Below are positions 48,967 to 57,781 of a stretch of 64,000 nucleotides of DNA, one piece after another. The first letter of the stretch is position 1, and each line of letters begins with the position of its first letter. The notes under the pieces were generated by a model. The model had not been told where the DNA came from and made no database searches. It worked only from the letters and a program-made list of their open reading frames with translations. Both the position numbers and the translations under genes were made by a program. This stretch comes from Gemmatimonadota bacterium (GTDB lineage: Bacteria > Gemmatimonadota > Gemmatimonadetes > Longimicrobiales > Gaopeijiaceae), in contig JBDHHQ010000017.1 in assembly GCA_039589315.1 (NCBI GenBank), positions 32,001 through 96,000 of the forward strand, written 5' to 3'.

Positions 48967-51900
48967 CGGCGTGCTCCGGGTGTCCACGGCGCTCCGGCCG
49001 CGGCGAGGTCGGTTTCGAGGCTGGACAGCTCGTCCTGGATCAGGGCCGTCAGGTCGCGGTCGAGCTCGGCGAAGCGGTCCCGGGCGATCTCGAGGTTGTC
49101 GCGCTGGGTTTCCGTGGGCATCTGCCTGGTGCCCCAGTGACCGCTGATCACGAGCGCTACCCGGCCGCGTATGGACGGCTCGCTCGCTTCGTTGAGTCGC
49201 CCTCGCACGGGATCCCCCGTGAGACGCGTCTGGAGCTCGTCGAGAGACGCCTCGATCTCGTCGACGCGGCTGAAGAGCTCGGGATCGGCCCGGGGGGTCT
49301 CGACCAGCGCGGCCCTCATGTGGCGCAGCGCTTCCCGCACTCGCTCGATCTCCTCGCCTGCGCCGGCCACGCGCCGCATGACGTCGCTGGCGGCTTGCTG
49401 AAACCCGGCGACCACGTCGAAGTCCGTTCCCGCGGGGGCGCTCGGCACGGCCTTGACCTCGAACTCCTGGGGTGCGCCCAGCGGTTGCACGCCCGCGCTC
49501 GAGAGGAGGGCCAGCTCCACCCGGTATCGGCCTGGGGGAACCAGTGGGCCACGGGGGGGCGTCATCCACGGTGGGGTGAAGCCGGGGGTCTCCAGGTCGA
49601 CGGGGTCCGGGGGCGGTCTTCGTAAGTCCCAGCTGACTCGATGGAGCCCCTCCTCGGCCGGCCCTTCCAGTCGGCGTATCGCCTCGCCCTGGGTGTCCAT
49701 GACCGTCAAGAACACCCGGGGCTCGCTCTCGCCTGCCTCACGGCTGAGCTGGTCCCAACCAGGGAAAGGGGCGTCTTGGCCTCGTTCCCGCAGGTCCTTC
49801 TCGGCCGTGCGACGCGCGTCTCGCTCCGTTGAGGGGACCTGGACCAGGTGGTACGTGAACGATGCCCCGAACGGGGGGTTGGACGCCGTGAAGTCGGTGC
49901 TGCCCAGCGTTGGCTTGCCGCGGGCCTGCATCGGTACGTACGGCACGTACCACCAGGCGTCTCGAACCGGAAAGAGATGCGCGTCGTCGCTCGAGACGCC
50001 CCGGGCGATGTCGCGGAGCGGGCCATAGTCATCGAGGACGTAGAATCCCCGGCCGAATGTCGCGCCCACCAGGTCGTCGTCCCGGCGGTGCAGCTTCAGG
50101 TCCCGGAACGCGATCGTGGGCACGCCGCCGCTCAGCTCGTGCCAGGCGGCCCCTCGGTCGAGGGTGACGTAGAGCCCGAACTCCGTGCCCGCGAAGAGCA
50201 GATCCGGATCCACGTGATCCTGCTGTAGGGCCCACACGATGGTCGCGTCCGGCAGGTCACCGCCGATGGAGCGCCAGCTGCGGCCCCGGTCGCGGCTTTC
50301 GAACACGAAGGGCCTGAAGACCCCGGTCTTGTGGGCGTCGGCCACCACGAACACCGTGCCGGCGTCGTGCAGGGATGCCTCGACGTCGTTGACGAAGGAG
50401 AGCTCGGGGACGCCAGGGAGCGGAGCCGCCTGCCTCCAGCTTTCCCCACCGTCCTCGCTCACCTGGACCAGCCCGTCGTCGGTGCCCACGTACAAGACGC
50501 CCTCCGCCACGGGCGATTCCGATAGGGCCGTGATCGTGCCGTACATGGACATGGCGCCGTTGTCGTAGAGCGCGTCCACGCTCCAGACCCGTCCCATCAG
50601 TTCGAGTTCGTAACGGTTCCGGTCCCGGGTCAGATCACCGCTCACGGGTCTCCACGAGTCGCCCTGGTCGTCGCTCCGCCAGAGTCTCTGAGAGCCGAAG
50701 TAGAGGCGGCTGGGGTCGTGGGGGCTGATGAGGATGGGCGAATCCCAGTTCCACCGCTCCGGGGGGTCGCCGGGGGCGGGCTGGGGCTGGATCTGAAGGG
50801 CCTCCTCGCTGCGCCGATCATACCGGTACAGGTTCCCGACCTGGGTCTCGAGGTACAGCGTGTGGGGATCGTTCGGGTCGATGGCCACGCCGTATCCGTC
50901 GGCCCCCATGGGTGCGTACCAGTCCCGGTTCCGGATCCCCTCGACATTGAGCGTGCGGGAGGGGCCAAAGAGCGTGCCCAGATCCTGGGCGCCGCCGAGC
51001 ACGTTGTAGAACGGCTCGGAGTTGTCCAGGGCCAGCTTGTAGAACTGGGACACGGGCAGGTTGGGGAAGTGACGCCACGTGGCTCCCTCGTCGAACGTCT
51101 CGTAGAGACCGGCGTCCGTCCCGGCGATCAGGTGCTGCCCGTCGTCGTGATCGATCCAGAGCGCGTGGTTGTCGCTGTGCTTCTCACGGCCGGTGCCCAG
51201 GAAGTCGAAGGTGGCGCCACCGTCCCGGGTCACGTGGAAGAAGACGTCCATCTGATAGACCAGGTCGGGGTCGGTGGGCGATGCCTCGATCTCCTGGTAG
51301 TAGTGAGGGCCGGTCCCTCCCGAGATGTAGGGGTTCCGGCGCTCCCAGCTCTCGCCCTTGTCCCTGGAGCGATAGAAGCCCCGCTCCTCCTCGTCGGCCT
51401 CGATGGTCGCGTAGACCAACGACGGATCTGCCGGGGTCACCGCGAGGCCGATCTTGCCCATCTCGCCCTCGGGGAGCCCTTCCTGGATCCTCCGCCAGCT
51501 CTGTCCCGCGTCGGTGGACTTGTAGATCCCGGACTCGGGTCCGCCGGCCAGAAGCGACCAGATGTGCCGCCGGCGTTGATAGGCGGCGGCGTAGAGAACG
51601 TCCGGGTTCGCCGGATCGAACTCGAGATCCGTCACGCCCGTGTTCTCGTCGATCTCGAGCACATGGGCCCACGTGGCTCCGGCGTCCGTGGTCTTGTAGA
51701 CTCCGCGGTGTCCGTGGGAGGACCAGAGCGGGCCTTCGGCGGCAACGAACACCACGTCGCCATCCCGCGGGTCCACCAGGATCTTGCCGATGTGCTCCGA
51801 CGCTTCGAGGCCCAGGCGTTCCCAGGTTGCCCCGGCGTCTCGGCTCCGGTAGACGCCGTCGCCCCACCCCACGTGGCGACCACTGACGTTCTCACCCGTG

Positions 51901-52259
51901 CCGACCCAGACCACCTGGGGATTGCCCGGATCCAGGGCCACCGCTCCGATGGAGTACGAGGGCTGATCGTCGAAGATGGGCTTCCAGGTGACGCCCGCAT
52001 TGGTCGTCTTCCACAGTCCGCCGGAGCCCGCCGCCACGTACCAGGTGGCGGAGGCGTGAGGGTGGACGGCGATGTCGGCGATGCGCCCGCCCATGACCGC
52101 GGGACCGATGCCACGGAGCTTCAGGCTCGCGATAGTCTCCCGGATCACCTGGGCGTCGGCCGCCCCGGCCTCTCCAGCCTGCGCGGCCACCGGTCCACTC
52201 CCCGGCAGCGTCATTGCACAGAGGAGAGTGACTCCAGCTCCGAGCCTGACGTTGCTCAT
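48963..52259 (-). CDS. VPS10/sortilin-like BNR-repeat beta-propeller protein (putative glycosyl hydrolase), exported
   Basis: IGPAVMGGRIADI, repeated S-D-G-TW Asp-boxes, GGAQD, RWNWDSP, ATFGRGFY, C-terminal helical tail. Confidence 0.9.
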   Translation of the reverse strand: MSNVRLGAGVTLLCAMTLPGSGPVAAQAGEAGAADAQVIRETIASLKLRGIGPAVMGGRIADIAVHPHASATWYVAAGSGGLWKTTNAGVTWKPIFDDQPSYSIGAVALDPGNPQVVWVGTGENVSGRHVGWGDGVYRSRDAGATWERLGLEASEHIGKILVDPRDGDVVFVAAEGPLWSSHGHRGVYKTTDAGATWAHVLEIDENTGVTDLEFDPANPDVLYAAAYQRRRHIWSLLAGGPESGIYKSTDAGQSWRRIQEGLPEGEMGKIGLAVTPADPSLVYATIEADEEERGFYRSRDKGESWERRNPYISGGTGPHYYQEIEASPTDPDLVYQMDVFFHVTRDGGATFDFLGTGREKHSDNHALWIDHDDGQHLIAGTDAGLYETFDEGATWRHFPNLPVSQFYKLALDNSEPFYNVLGGAQDLGTLFGPSRTLNVEGIRNRDWYAPMGADGYGVAIDPNDPHTLYLETQVGNLYRYDRRSEEALQIQPQPAPGDPPERWNWDSPILISPHDPSRLYFGSQRLWRSDDQGDSWRPVSGDLTRDRNRYELELMGRVWSVDALYDNGAMSMYGTITALSESPVAEGVLYVGTDDGLVQVSEDGGESWRQAAPLPGVPELSFVNDVEASLHDAGTVFVVADAHKTGVFRPFVFESRDRGRSWRSIGGDLPDATIVWALQQDHVDPDLLFAGTEFGLYVTLDRGAAWHELSGGVPTIAFRDLKLHRRDDDLVGATFGRGFYVLDDYGPLRDIARGVSSDDAHLFPVRDAWWYVPYVPMQARGKPTLGSTDFTASNPPFGASFTYHLVQVPSTERDARRTAEKDLRERGQDAPFPGWDQLSREAGESEPRVFLTVMDTQGEAIRRLEGPAEEGLHRVSWDLRRPPPDPVDLETPGFTPPWMTPPRGPLVPPGRYRVELALLSSAGVQPLGAPQEFEVKAVPSAPAGTDFDVVAGFQQAASDVMRRVAGAGEEIERVREALRHMRAALVETPRADPELFSRVDEIEASLDELQTRLTGDPVRGRLNEASEPSIRGRVALVISGHWGTRQMPTETQRDNLEIARDRFAELDRDLTALIQDELSSLETDLAAAGAPWTPGARR

Positions 52260-52478
52260 CGGCGATGCCTCGCGGGAGCGTGGTTGACGAAGCCTCGCAG
52301 GGGATGTGGCACAGCGTGCACGGGTCCGTACCCTTTCTCGAGGAGGCGAGGGCGGCCAATGTAGGGGGATCGGGCCAGTGTCCACAAAACGTGGGCGAGA
52401 GTCTCGACACGGCGGGTACTCCGTGCCCACATTTGGCCCCCGCCTCCCAATCGCCTCGCCTTCCGCTGGAGGTGCCCC

Positions 52479-53354
52479 ATGGGGCCCGACGAGGGAATCC
52501 GCCGAGCGAAGCCCGGACATGGGGATATTGACGCGTGGGGTCTCACGCATCCCGGTCTGATTCGTCCGGTCAACGAGGATCACTACTTCCTCGGCTCACT
52601 GTCACGGGGCGTCCTGGTCGATGGCACGAGCCTCGGGGAGGACGTCGAGGCGGTGACGGAGTCAGAGCGCCTAGCCTCCTTCGTGATCGTAGCCGACGGA
52701 GTAGGGGGCAGTCGGGGCGGCGAAGAGGCCAGCCGGGCCGCCGTCAAGGCACTGCTTCGGGAAGTAGCGGTCAGCTTTCACGACACACAGCACGCGGAGG
52801 CGACGGACCCGGACGCGTTTTCCCGACTCCTGCAGGACGCGGCGCTCGCCTGCCACGAGAGCCTGGTGAAGCGGGCGGCGCGGGCGTCGGAACGGGGGCG
52901 GTACGCGACCACGCTCACGCTGTTCCTGGGACTCTGGCCCCACGCGTACCTGCTACAGGTGGGCGACAGTCGGTGCTACGTCTTCCACGACGACGAGCTG
53001 ACGCAGATCACGCGGGACCAGACATGGGCGGAGGAGTTGGCGGATCAAGGGGTGCTGTCGCGGACAAAGGCCCATAGCACTCAATGGGCAAACGTGTTGT
53101 CGAGCGCGATCGGGGGCCAGCAGGCAGCGCCGGTGGTCACGAGAATCGTTCGGGACTGGGGAACGGTCGTGCTGCTATGCAGCGACGGCCTCACGAAGCA
53201 CGTTCCCGACGAGCGGATCCGCGAGCGCCTGGCAACCATGACGAGCGCCCGTCAGGTGTGCGAGGATCTCCTGCAGGACGCCCTCGACGATGGGGGAACA
53301 GACAATATCACCATCGTCGTCGGACGCACGCTCCTGCCGGCGGACCGCGCCTGA
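52479..53354 (+). CDS. PP2C-family Ser/Thr protein phosphatase
   Basis: R-VNED, VADGVGG, VGDSRCY, QITRD, LCSDGL, GTDNIT; GGAGG RBS. Confidence 0.93.
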   Translation: MGPDEGIRRAKPGHGDIDAWGLTHPGLIRPVNEDHYFLGSLSRGVLVDGTSLGEDVEAVTESERLASFVIVADGVGGSRGGEEASRAAVKALLREVAVSFHDTQHAEATDPDAFSRLLQDAALACHESLVKRAARASERGRYATTLTLFLGLWPHAYLLQVGDSRCYVFHDDELTQITRDQTWAEELADQGVLSRTKAHSTQWANVLSSAIGGQQAAPVVTRIVRDWGTVVLLCSDGLTKHVPDERIRERLATMTSARQVCEDLLQDALDDGGTDNITIVVGRTLLPADRA

Positions 53355-53374
53355 GGCCGGAGCCCCTGAGACCT

Positions 53375-53455
53375 CTCGGTCGGATCGCCCGAGTGGCCTC
53401 GGTCGGATCGCTCGAATGCCCTCAGTCGGATCGCCCGAGGTCGCTCAGTCGGATC
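53375..53455. repeat. 23-bp-period tandem hairpin array (about 3.5 copies) between convergent genes
   Basis: CTC(G/A)GTCGGATCGC(C/T)CGA(G/A) at 53375, 53398 and 53421; partial copy at 53444 overlaps the amidase stop codon. Confidence 0.88.
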
Positions 53456-54641
53456 CTCCCGCCGCCGCCCACGCCCGGGCCGGTGGATAGTTGTCGAAGA
53501 AGCTACCCACGGCCCGAGCCAGCGACTCCGCCGCCTCGGCCCGGAAGGAGCTGTCGGACAGGAGCGACTCGTCGGCCTGGTTGGACACGAATCCCACGGC
53601 TACCAAGACGGACGGCATCAGAGCGTTGCCGAGAACCGCCAGCGGCGCCTGTGCCACGCCCCGGTTTGGCCCCGAGTGGGCGGTGGCCAGCTCGCTCTGC
53701 ACCATTTCGGCGAGTCGGGCGGACCAATGGTCCTGGTTCGGATTCGGGAACCGGTTCATGACCGACGAAACGTCTCGGTCCGGCGAGCTGTCGTCGTCCT
53801 CGTGCTCCACGGCAGGCGCGTTTTCGATCTCCGCCACCCGGCGCGCGCGCGCCGTCTCCGCCTCCGCGAGGAAATACGACTCGAAGCCCCGCATTGTGGG
53901 TGAGTCGGGGTTCGAGATGGCATGCAGCGAGATGAAGACGCCCGGTCGCTGGCCCTTGAGGGCCGTAGCGAAGCTGCCTCGGTCCTCCAGGGGTACGTAG
54001 ACGTCGCCGTGCCGGGTCAGGTGGACCTCGTAGCCGGGGTCAGCCGACAACGCATCCGCGAGCGCGATGGCCATTGAGAGCGTCAGGTCCTTCTCGAGCG
54101 TGCCGCCCGCTCCAGCCACTCCCGGGTCTCCGCCGCCGTGCCCCGGGTCGATCACCACCAGTCGCTTCTGTGGATCCGGCGCTTCGAACAGCCTCACCGT
54201 CCTCAGGTCGCTCTCCACCGGCCACCCACCCAGCTCGAAGACGAGCTGCAGCGGCACGAACAGGACCTCGTCCTTCATGTAGGGCGCGTTGCTCAGCTCG
54301 ATGACACCGGTGTTGGCTTGCACCGTCCTCGTCCCGGCCCGCACGCTGACCCGGCTTCCGTCCGGGCGTTGCGCCACGGCCGAGTCGCCCTCCTGCGTCA
54401 GCGACCAGCCCCACGCGTCGAGTGCTCCTACCCAGGCAGCGGGAAAGCCCCGCCTCCGTTCGACCAGCACCGTTCGGATCTTGCTGGCATCAACGGCGCC
54501 GTCGCGAGAATGAGCGACTTGGCCGGCGGCGCCGCCGGCCGGCAGGACAACGGGCGCGAGCACGGCGCAGAGCGGTATGACAACGAGTTGCCTGACGAGC
54601 TGGTGAGCCATGGGGGACGGCGGCCGGCTGAGCGTGAACAT
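53445..54641 (-). CDS. N-acetylmuramoyl-L-alanine amidase (Amidase_3) homologue with copper-amine-oxidase-N-like domain; catalytic Glu replaced
   Basis: VVIDPGHGG, EKD, LTR, FISLHA, GFESY, MPSVLVAVGFVSN. Start uncertain (54641 or 54611). Confidence 0.88.
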   Translation of the reverse strand: MFTLSRPPSPMAHQLVRQLVVIPLCAVLAPVVLPAGGAAGQVAHSRDGAVDASKIRTVLVERRRGFPAAWVGALDAWGWSLTQEGDSAVAQRPDGSRVSVRAGTRTVQANTGVIELSNAPYMKDEVLFVPLQLVFELGGWPVESDLRTVRLFEAPDPQKRLVVIDPGHGGGDPGVAGAGGTLEKDLTLSMAIALADALSADPGYEVHLTRHGDVYVPLEDRGSFATALKGQRPGVFISLHAISNPDSPTMRGFESYFLAEAETARARRVAEIENAPAVEHEDDDSSPDRDVSSVMNRFPNPNQDHWSARLAEMVQSELATAHSGPNRGVAQAPLAVLGNALMPSVLVAVGFVSNQADESLLSDSSFRAEAAESLARAVGSFFDNYPPARAWAAAGGSD

Positions 54642-55091
54642 CTTCTTCCCTCGGTAGGCGGTCGGGAAGGAGCCCTGTCTCATAGTTGTCGGCAGCCGAC
54701 CATGCGGGGCAAAGGGGGAGTCCGCCTCAGGCGTATCGGTGAAACGCAAGGCGGTTTCCGCGCCGCGCGCCGCTCGGGTGAGCACCACCATCGACGTCCC
54801 ATGGTCCACGATGTCTTGCAGCGAGTCCGTGATCTGGGCGACCAGGGGCTTCGGTGGGTCGTCGATGGACCGGCCAGGGGCTCCCCATTGGACCAGAGGG
54901 AAGAGCCTGTGGAGCCGTATCTACGAGCGGGTTGCCACCGCCCTCAGTGAGGCGTGGCCATGGTCTCAGGGAGGGTATGGCGTTCCCGGGCTACCGCGCG
55001 GCGCGGGCAGGGACCTGTACCGACCCAAGCGGCGGTGAACCCCGCGGAGCGATCGAACTTCTCACGGCACTGCCAGCCTGGGAGCCTGGCA

Positions 55092-57122
55092 TCAGCGCGA
55101 GTTCCCTCGCTGCCGGGCCTCGGTGAGGAGCTTCTTCGCCTGTTCCGCATACGGATGCGACGGAAAGCGGAGCAAGAACTCGTTCCAGCGCGCGATGGCC
55201 CGCCTATGGTCGCCTGCCTCGTAGTGTGCCGTGGCCAAGCCGTACAGAGCTGTGCCTTCCCCCGGATGGGCCGACAGGATTTCCTGGAACGCCTTGACGG
55301 CCGCTGCGGGACGCTCGGCTTCGAGGAGGAAGTAACCCCGGTTTAGCTGCGACGTGAGATGGCTGGGGTTCAAGGCCACGGCGCGCTCGATGCTGGCGAC
55401 AGCATCGGGGAGTAGCCCCTGATGACGGTACTGCAATGCCAGGTTGAAGTGCAGGCGAGGATCCTCGCCATGCTCGCCAACGGCTGCCTCCATCTGCGCC
55501 AGGGTCCCGTCACGCTCGAAGTAGACGAAGACGGACTCCGGAGAGATCTGGGCGACCCGAGGTACGTAGTTCCGTCGGAAACCCGTGCGAGCCACGAGGC
55601 TCGGCAGAGCCGGTCCGACCGCGGCGCGAACGAGCACGTCGAACACGAGTTGGGTTCGAAGGTCTTTGACCACAACGGCATCCGCAAGGTTCTGGGCGGT
55701 GAACTCCAGCGCGACGAGATCCGGTTCTCGCGCGAGGATGTAGTCGGGATCGTACTTCCCGTGACCGGGCACGCCGGTCCGACTGCTGATGTCGAATCTC
55801 CTGCCAGTCGGCGTAACGATGGTCGGTTCGGGCGGATCCACGCGGGCGATGTGGGCGTCCGCGATGCCAAGCATGTCGATGGCTCGGAATCCGGAGAAGT
55901 AGGGGACTCGCCCGAGCCATGTGACCGCGATCACGGTCGACTCGGGGTATGAGTCTTTCAGCCAGCGTCCAAGATCCTCCAGAGCACCGTTGCTGGATTC
56001 CCACGTCGCCGCGTCGAATCGGTCGCTGGCCATCGGCCACAGCTTCGCGGGCACCAGGATTGAGAGCGCCACCGCAAGGGTCAGGGGCAACTCGAGCGCG
56101 GGGCGGCCTGGCCGGTTACGGCTCAGTCGCGTGCCCAGGCACTTGGCCCCTGCCAGGACCAGGAGTATCAGCCATGGCAGGTAGGGCACGCAAAAGCGCC
56201 AAAGCTCGTAGAAGTCACCACCCACCGTGGCTACGTAGCCGAAAGCTGCGAATAATGTGCACAGAGGGAGTAGAACCGGGTATCGATTCCCCTTGCCGTC
56301 CCGGAACCACCAGAGGCCGATGAGCGCGAGCAGGGCCCAGGGTCCGTGGACCATGAAGAAGTCACCCACGTAGGCGAGGCCCGCGGCGAGCGTCCCGGCG
56401 CCGGGGTCGACCTTGGCGTAGTAGGTATTGGGCAAGGGTAGCCCGTAGTAGTGGAGTCGGAACGCCAAATGGGGGATGGTCAGCATGGCGAATCCCAGCA
56501 CCATGAACCCCAGGACGCGCGCACGCCCTTTGACCAGGAACGCGGCCAGTACCCAGAACACGGCGAACAACGCAGCAGCCTCGGGCCGGGTCAGCGCCGC
56601 GAGGCCGGCGACGATCCCGGACAGCGGCAGCTTCGCGTCGTAACGCAGATCACGTATCGCGAGGGAGATCCCGAGTGTGAACAGCGTGGTGTAGGCAACC
56701 GTCTCGAGCCCGGACCCCGCCCAACGGGCGACGGCCGCATTCCCCGCCATCAACGCGCACGGGATGAGCGCCAGCCATCGATCGAAGCCCAGCAGACGGT
56801 GTCCGCTTAGGTACAAGACCGGGAGCAGCGCCAATCCGAAGGCGGTCCCGAGAACCTGGGAAGCGAACGCCGTATCGGCCCCCACGGCGTGCATGGCAGA
56901 AAGCAGCAGGGTCCAGAGGAAGTTGGTGTAGCCTTCTACTCGTTCGCCGATGTTGAACACCAGGCCGTGCCCGGCGACGAAGTTCTCGGCGTATCGGTAA
57001 GAGATGAACGAGTCATCGACGATGGCCCAGTAGCTCAACGCATGTAGGACGTACGCCCCCCCGATCAGGGACAGCGCGAGCCACGGGGCGTGGTGTGGCT
57101 TCACCGGCGATGGATCGCCCAT
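55092..57122 (-). CDS. GT-C-like polytopic membrane glycosyltransferase with C-terminal TPRs
   Basis: DDSFISYRYAEN...GERVEGYTNFLW, SGLET, LTRPE, PNTYYAK, GGDF, DMLG, PGHGK; about 11 TM helices; TPR tail. Confidence 0.75.
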   Translation of the reverse strand: MGDPSPVKPHHAPWLALSLIGGAYVLHALSYWAIVDDSFISYRYAENFVAGHGLVFNIGERVEGYTNFLWTLLLSAMHAVGADTAFASQVLGTAFGLALLPVLYLSGHRLLGFDRWLALIPCALMAGNAAVARWAGSGLETVAYTTLFTLGISLAIRDLRYDAKLPLSGIVAGLAALTRPEAAALFAVFWVLAAFLVKGRARVLGFMVLGFAMLTIPHLAFRLHYYGLPLPNTYYAKVDPGAGTLAAGLAYVGDFFMVHGPWALLALIGLWWFRDGKGNRYPVLLPLCTLFAAFGYVATVGGDFYELWRFCVPYLPWLILLVLAGAKCLGTRLSRNRPGRPALELPLTLAVALSILVPAKLWPMASDRFDAATWESSNGALEDLGRWLKDSYPESTVIAVTWLGRVPYFSGFRAIDMLGIADAHIARVDPPEPTIVTPTGRRFDISSRTGVPGHGKYDPDYILAREPDLVALEFTAQNLADAVVVKDLRTQLVFDVLVRAAVGPALPSLVARTGFRRNYVPRVAQISPESVFVYFERDGTLAQMEAAVGEHGEDPRLHFNLALQYRHQGLLPDAVASIERAVALNPSHLTSQLNRGYFLLEAERPAAAVKAFQEILSAHPGEGTALYGLATAHYEAGDHRRAIARWNEFLLRFPSHPYAEQAKKLLTEARQRGNSR

Positions 57123-57274
57123 GTCTCTCGCGGGGGCGTGAACCGCATCATGCCTATGGATGGAGGACTCGGCTCTCCTCCGACGATCGTCATTGAGGCC
57201 GGTGGTCATCCAGTCATAGGGAAAGGAAGAAGGGTTGCGGGGCCAAGTGATCGGGCCGGAAGCGGCCTGGGGAT

Positions 57275-57694
57275 CTAGGTGGATCCTCCGAAGATCTCCC
57301 GCGCCACGTCGGGGTCGATGTCGAATCCCTCACGAAGCTGCTCGAGGAGCCGGAGCTCGGCGGGGTCGACTCCGTCGGCGCGGGCCAGGTCGGCGGCCAT
57401 CTTCAGTGCCTCGACCCGTAGCGTGGGGGTGAGGGCACCGGCCACCGCCTGGGTCAAGCTCGAGACGCCCGCGTCCGCGATGCGCACGCCGTCGGTGGGG
57501 TAGGCGCGGCAGACCTCGTCCGTGGTGTCACGCAGGAGCTGCTCGAAGTGGTCCCGGTCCATGCCCGCGAAGGGGCCCAGGCCGGACATGGTGTCGAGAA
57601 TGAAGCGATGCTCCTCGAAGGTGCCCACCCGATCGGCGCCCATCATGAGCACGGCTACGGCGGTGAAGGCGGTGGCGGGGTCGTCGATGGTCAT
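57275..57694 (-). CDS. TerB-family (tellurite-resistance-like) protein
   Basis: AD...EE N-terminal motif and LARADG...E...L...L C-terminal motif; helical. Confidence 0.75.
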   Translation of the reverse strand: MTIDDPATAFTAVAVLMMGADRVGTFEEHRFILDTMSGLGPFAGMDRDHFEQLLRDTTDEVCRAYPTDGVRIADAGVSSLTQAVAGALTPTLRVEALKMAADLARADGVDPAELRLLEQLREGFDIDPDVAREIFGGST

Positions 57695-57781
57695 CCTGGT
57701 GCGATCTCCTTGAGTTCGTTCGCGTAACTGACGTACAAGAGTAGCATGGTGGCCCGGAACGCACACGAGGCAGCGTGCCCC

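Noticed and set aside
54865..55038. Possible small plus-strand ORF (MDRPGAPHW...RPKRR)
   Set aside because: No clear RBS or recognisable motif, so I cannot support it from sequence alone.
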